Positions 60,638 through 64,000 of a stretch of 64,000 bases of DNA are shown piece by piece; positions within the stretch are counted from its first letter, which is position 1, and every line of letters starts with the position of its first letter. The notes under the pieces were generated by a model. That model was not told the DNA's origin. It saw nothing but the letters and a program-made list of their open reading frames with translations, and ran no database searches. The stretch spans positions 496,001 to 560,000 of the forward strand of contig NW_027272286.1 in the NCBI RefSeq assembly GCF_040938485.1, in the 5' to 3' direction. Origin of the DNA: Diadema antillarum. Lineage: Eukaryota. The position numbers were made by a program, and so were the translations under genes.

Positions 60638-60861
60638 CTTTGCCTTTTTTGGACAGGGGGTAGTCATCCGACATAAACATGAGCGGTATGTCTATGTCCG
60701 GAAGGTCTGGAATTTCATCCTGGGGTCTGTCGCTGGACGAGTCCTGGCAGAGATCCTCCTGGTCGCCTACTGGGCCCTTTGAACGGGCAGACATCTTTTG
60801 CAGCTTCTTCTTACTGACAATGTTCTGATTGAAGATGTTTGGATTGCTGGATGGAGCCGAT
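60638..60861 (-). CDS. SGO1: Shugoshin coding exon
   Basis: tctcag| ... |gtactt; SAPSSNPNIFNQNIVSKKKLQKMSARSKG...YPLSKKGK; 224 nt, phase 2/1. Confidence 0.8.
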
Positions 60862-60871
60862 CTGAGACATT

Positions 60872-61345
60872 AACAAGGAAAAGTAGAAATTACGCGGTGC
60901 GTAATATATGTCCCCGCCAGAAGTAGCATTTTGTTGCAAAATGTACAATATAGGTCAAAAATCAAGGTCAAAGGTCAAAGAAGTCAAAGGTCAAAATTCT
61001 GTGTAGAAGTTTTGAAGCCCTCACCTAGTGCCATCACATAAAGCAAACGGAATCGAAATCGGGTTAGAAATGGCGAAGGAGTAGCATTTTGTAGCCAATG
61101 TACAATATAGGTCAAAAATCAAGGTCAAAGGTCAAAGAAGTCAAAGGTCAAAATTCTGTGTAGGAGTTTTGAAGCCCTCACCTAGTGCCATCACATAAAG
61201 CAAACGGAATCGAAATCGGGTTAGAAATGGCGAAGGAGTAGCATTTTGTAGCATTTTGATCACTCACGGACACACGCACAGACACACACACGTACGAAGC
61301 CCATTTCATAGTCCCCTGCTCGAACTCGTTCGGCGGGGACAAAAA
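60872..61345 (-). mobile_element. Second copy of third HINE family with 2 core units
   Basis: Same termini as 54439-55881; core units start at 60924 and 61082. Confidence 0.85.
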
Positions 61346-62036
61346 CACAGACAAAAGGAAAGAACATTGGACAAAGCCTTTGACAGAACATATTTTTTCT
61401 CCTTCTTTTTCTCACCTGCATATACCCTTTTTATACAGCGCAGTCCTATATTATGTTTTGGACACATCAAGAGTTGTTCGAAAATGGGTCACTTGTCTAT
61501 TTACACTGCTTACACTACCAATCAAGAATGTCCTCAACCATTCTTGTTGGATCTTTGAGTTCAACCTAGTGCACCTGCTATGTTCCCTTGGTTCATGCAG
61601 GGTTTTTTTTTTTCTTCTTTTTTGTAGAATACACAGACTATTCAAGGAAAAGGTATGAACAGAATCTTGAGCAAAGTGTGACCCAAATAGAACTCTTTCT
61701 GGAAGTGATTGGCATCTCTCCTAGGCTATTAAAACAGTCTGAATCATCTTTGAAAATGTGTTCTACTTGCTCTTTAAATGCTACATCCTGACCATGGTTT
61801 GCATAAATGAAATACATCTCACAACATAATTTGCTATACAGAGACAACTATTGTCTGAGAATCCTTTGTTTTAGATGATACTTTTAGATAATCTACTTGC
61901 ATCAATGTAAGGAAATTCTCCCAATCTCCAGAGCACAGTATACACATTCCAGTAAACCTGTGCTACTCTTAACTACTCCATGCTAACCATGCTATGATTT
62001 GTGACAACGGTTTAAGTTAAAGAGTCAAAACCTCAC

Positions 62037-62245
62037 CTTCCCGCACTATTTTTCTCCAAGTCGGACGAGGATGAGTCATCGTCGTCAGACATGGCACATG
62101 ACTTGCGAAACACTGTGCCGAGGCTGCTGTCCTTGCTTGGTCTCGGGATGACGCACATGTCCAGAGCTTGACCGAGAATGCCAACAGTGTCCAGGAGGCT
62201 GGCGGTCACTTTGTTCAGCAGGTCTCTTACCCCTGATATTTGATT
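62037..62245 (-). CDS. SGO1: Shugoshin coding exon
   Basis: ctgtag| ... |gtgagg; NQISGVRDLLNKVTASLLDTVGILGQALDMC...EKNSAG; 209 nt, phase 0/2. Confidence 0.8.
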
Positions 62246-62918
62246 CTACAGTGCAGAAGTGAAGATAGTAAGCAGTAAGTAAGGACATGTGGAGATTTTG
62301 TTGAAAATCTAATATGCAGTTTTTCTTTTTTATTCTTCCTATGTCAGATTTTATGATTATTTATTGCTTTGCTTGTTTGCCACACTGACACTACAAAAGT
62401 ACAAATGTACATGAAAACCTTTACCAAAAATAACTCTATTTCTTTTCATTTCTTTTTCCAGGATTGCATGAATAATTGAACTGGAATCGAACTAGGTATG
62501 AATTGTAAGTTAAATGAACTCATACACACATACGCAAACACAAATACACATTCACATACACAAGAAAAACAGATGTTTACAAGCACAGACACACCCTCAG
62601 TCTTAAACACACATAAACCCAACTCATAAACTGGGTACAGACACTGCCATGATTACCTTATCCCTTGGAATCAAGCTATTCATCAAGCAAGTCATTCAAA
62701 CTAATAGCAACAGTGCCACGATTTGAATGAAAACATCCGAAATGACAGACTGTCATAGTGTCTGGGAATTTACAAAGAAGGACTAAAGTTTTGAACAAAA
62801 TTTGCTCAAACCCGTTAACAGATCTGTTACTCAAAGTTTCTGCTTCTACTCACAAAAACTGATTTTTTTGGGTAGATTTTTCCCTTTAATTAACCCAAAG
62901 AAAGCAGTAGAGACACAC

Positions 62919-63094
62919 CCTCTGCTTGCTGTGCTGCTCCTGGTACCGATTGATGACGCTCTGTAGGAGCTGGCGCTCCCGCTGGAGCTCAAGGTTAGCC
63001 TGCTGAGTCTGGCGGAACTCCGTCTGCGCCACCTCCAGAGACTTGGCCAAGCTGCGATTGTTCATCCGCAGACTGGTTTTCAGAATAAGATTCG
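62919..63094 (-). CDS. SGO1: Shugoshin, N-terminal coiled-coil exon
   Basis: ttccag| ... |gtgtgt on -; NLILKTSLRMNNRSLAKSLEVAQTEFRQTQQANLELQRERQLLQ matches the shugoshin PP2A-binding coiled coil (conserved NN..LA..L). Phase 1/0; upstream exon(s) lie outside the window. Confidence 0.9.
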
Positions 63095-64000
63095 CTGGAA
63101 AGACATGTGTAAAGGTTAAACACTTGCTGTGAGAATACACAAAAGATATTACTCTATCGCAATATGTTGTTCATCCGCAGACTGGTTTTCAGAATAAGAT
63201 TCGCTGGACAGACATGGACCATACATGTAAAGGTTATCACTTGCTGTGAGAATGCACAAAAGATATTACTCTATGACTATATGTGACCCGCTACAACAAA
63301 AGGATCCGAAAGTTGGGGGAGGACAATTTTCTAAAAATGGCACGGCATTATTCCTTGACTCTTCTACTTTAATTTCATATAAAGCACAACAACTCATAAA
63401 AGTACTCGGTTGCTGAGATATCAATGATTTCATTAGCGCATGTCAAGTAGCCGAGGAAATCAGTTTTGAGAAAAACGCCTTCAAATTTTTCCTTCCGACG
63501 TTATCATGATCAAGGGGTGACGAGAGGGTTTTCATCGCTTGACAATAGAAGGCATGCTCCTAGTGACCTCCCAGATGTTCATTCAAGCTTAGCGCCAGTG
63601 GTCTACGCACGACCAATCAGTAATCAGAATGCCTTGCACTGACCAATAAGATCACTCCCTCGTTGCTAGGGGCACAGTATAGCTGCAGCGCTAAATCCCA
63701 ATCTTTGGACATGTTTCTGTTCCGCTGAAAGTCGGAAATTCATGGCCCAGAAAATCACTGATTTCTTGCCTTTCCTTTAATCATATCAAGATTTCAGCAA
63801 ATGATAGACAAAACATTACACTACAAAATTATGCCGAAAACAGAAATTCGATTGGTTTGACCAATTTTGATGATGTGACTTCAAACTCGATTTTCTCGGC
63901 TCAGCCGTTAGCGACTTTAGAACCCTTTTGTTGTAGCGGGACACATATTTTGTTCATCCGCAGACTGGTTTTCAGAATAAGATTCGCTGGACAGACACGG
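63055..64000 (-). repeat. Tandem duplication of shugoshin intron/exon junction (3 copies)
   Basis: ttcatccgcagactggttttcagaataagattcgctgga starts at 63061, 63170 and 63953. Confidence 0.9.
63281..63946. mobile_element. TIR element, superfamily unassigned
   Basis: atgtgacccgctacaacaaaagg ... ccttttgttgtagcgggacacat, AT on both sides. Confidence 0.75.

Overview
AT-rich animal genomic DNA with spliceosomal introns. Repeat types and gene content suggest a marine invertebrate, possibly an echinoderm, but this cannot be confirmed from the window. Two genes converge tail-to-tail. (1) A class VI POU gene (POU6F2/RPF-1-like) on +: eight phase-consistent coding exons from 9434 to the stop at 33364, with its 5' end unresolved. 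(2) A shugoshin gene on -: coiled-coil exon 62919-63094, a 2.64-kb central exon, and an SGO motif split across 57185/51894, with its start beyond the right edge. Introns and flanks hold many non-autonomous elements: Helentron/HINE-like (Pearl/Tsp architecture), piggyBac-, Kolobok-, Harbinger-, Tc1/Tigger- and Academ-like MITEs, and two tRNA-derived SINEs. The most unusual object is a very young 4.9-kb LTR element (11462-16373, -) in a POU6 intron. It has identical 487-bp LTRs, an ATAT TSD, a tRNA-Leu PBS and a PPT. No gag/pol is recognisable; the gag position instead holds an intronless, signal-peptide-bearing cyclophilin-B-derived ORF that lacks the catalytic Arg and appears to have kept its frame through compensating indels. 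All calls are from manual reading; no searches were run.
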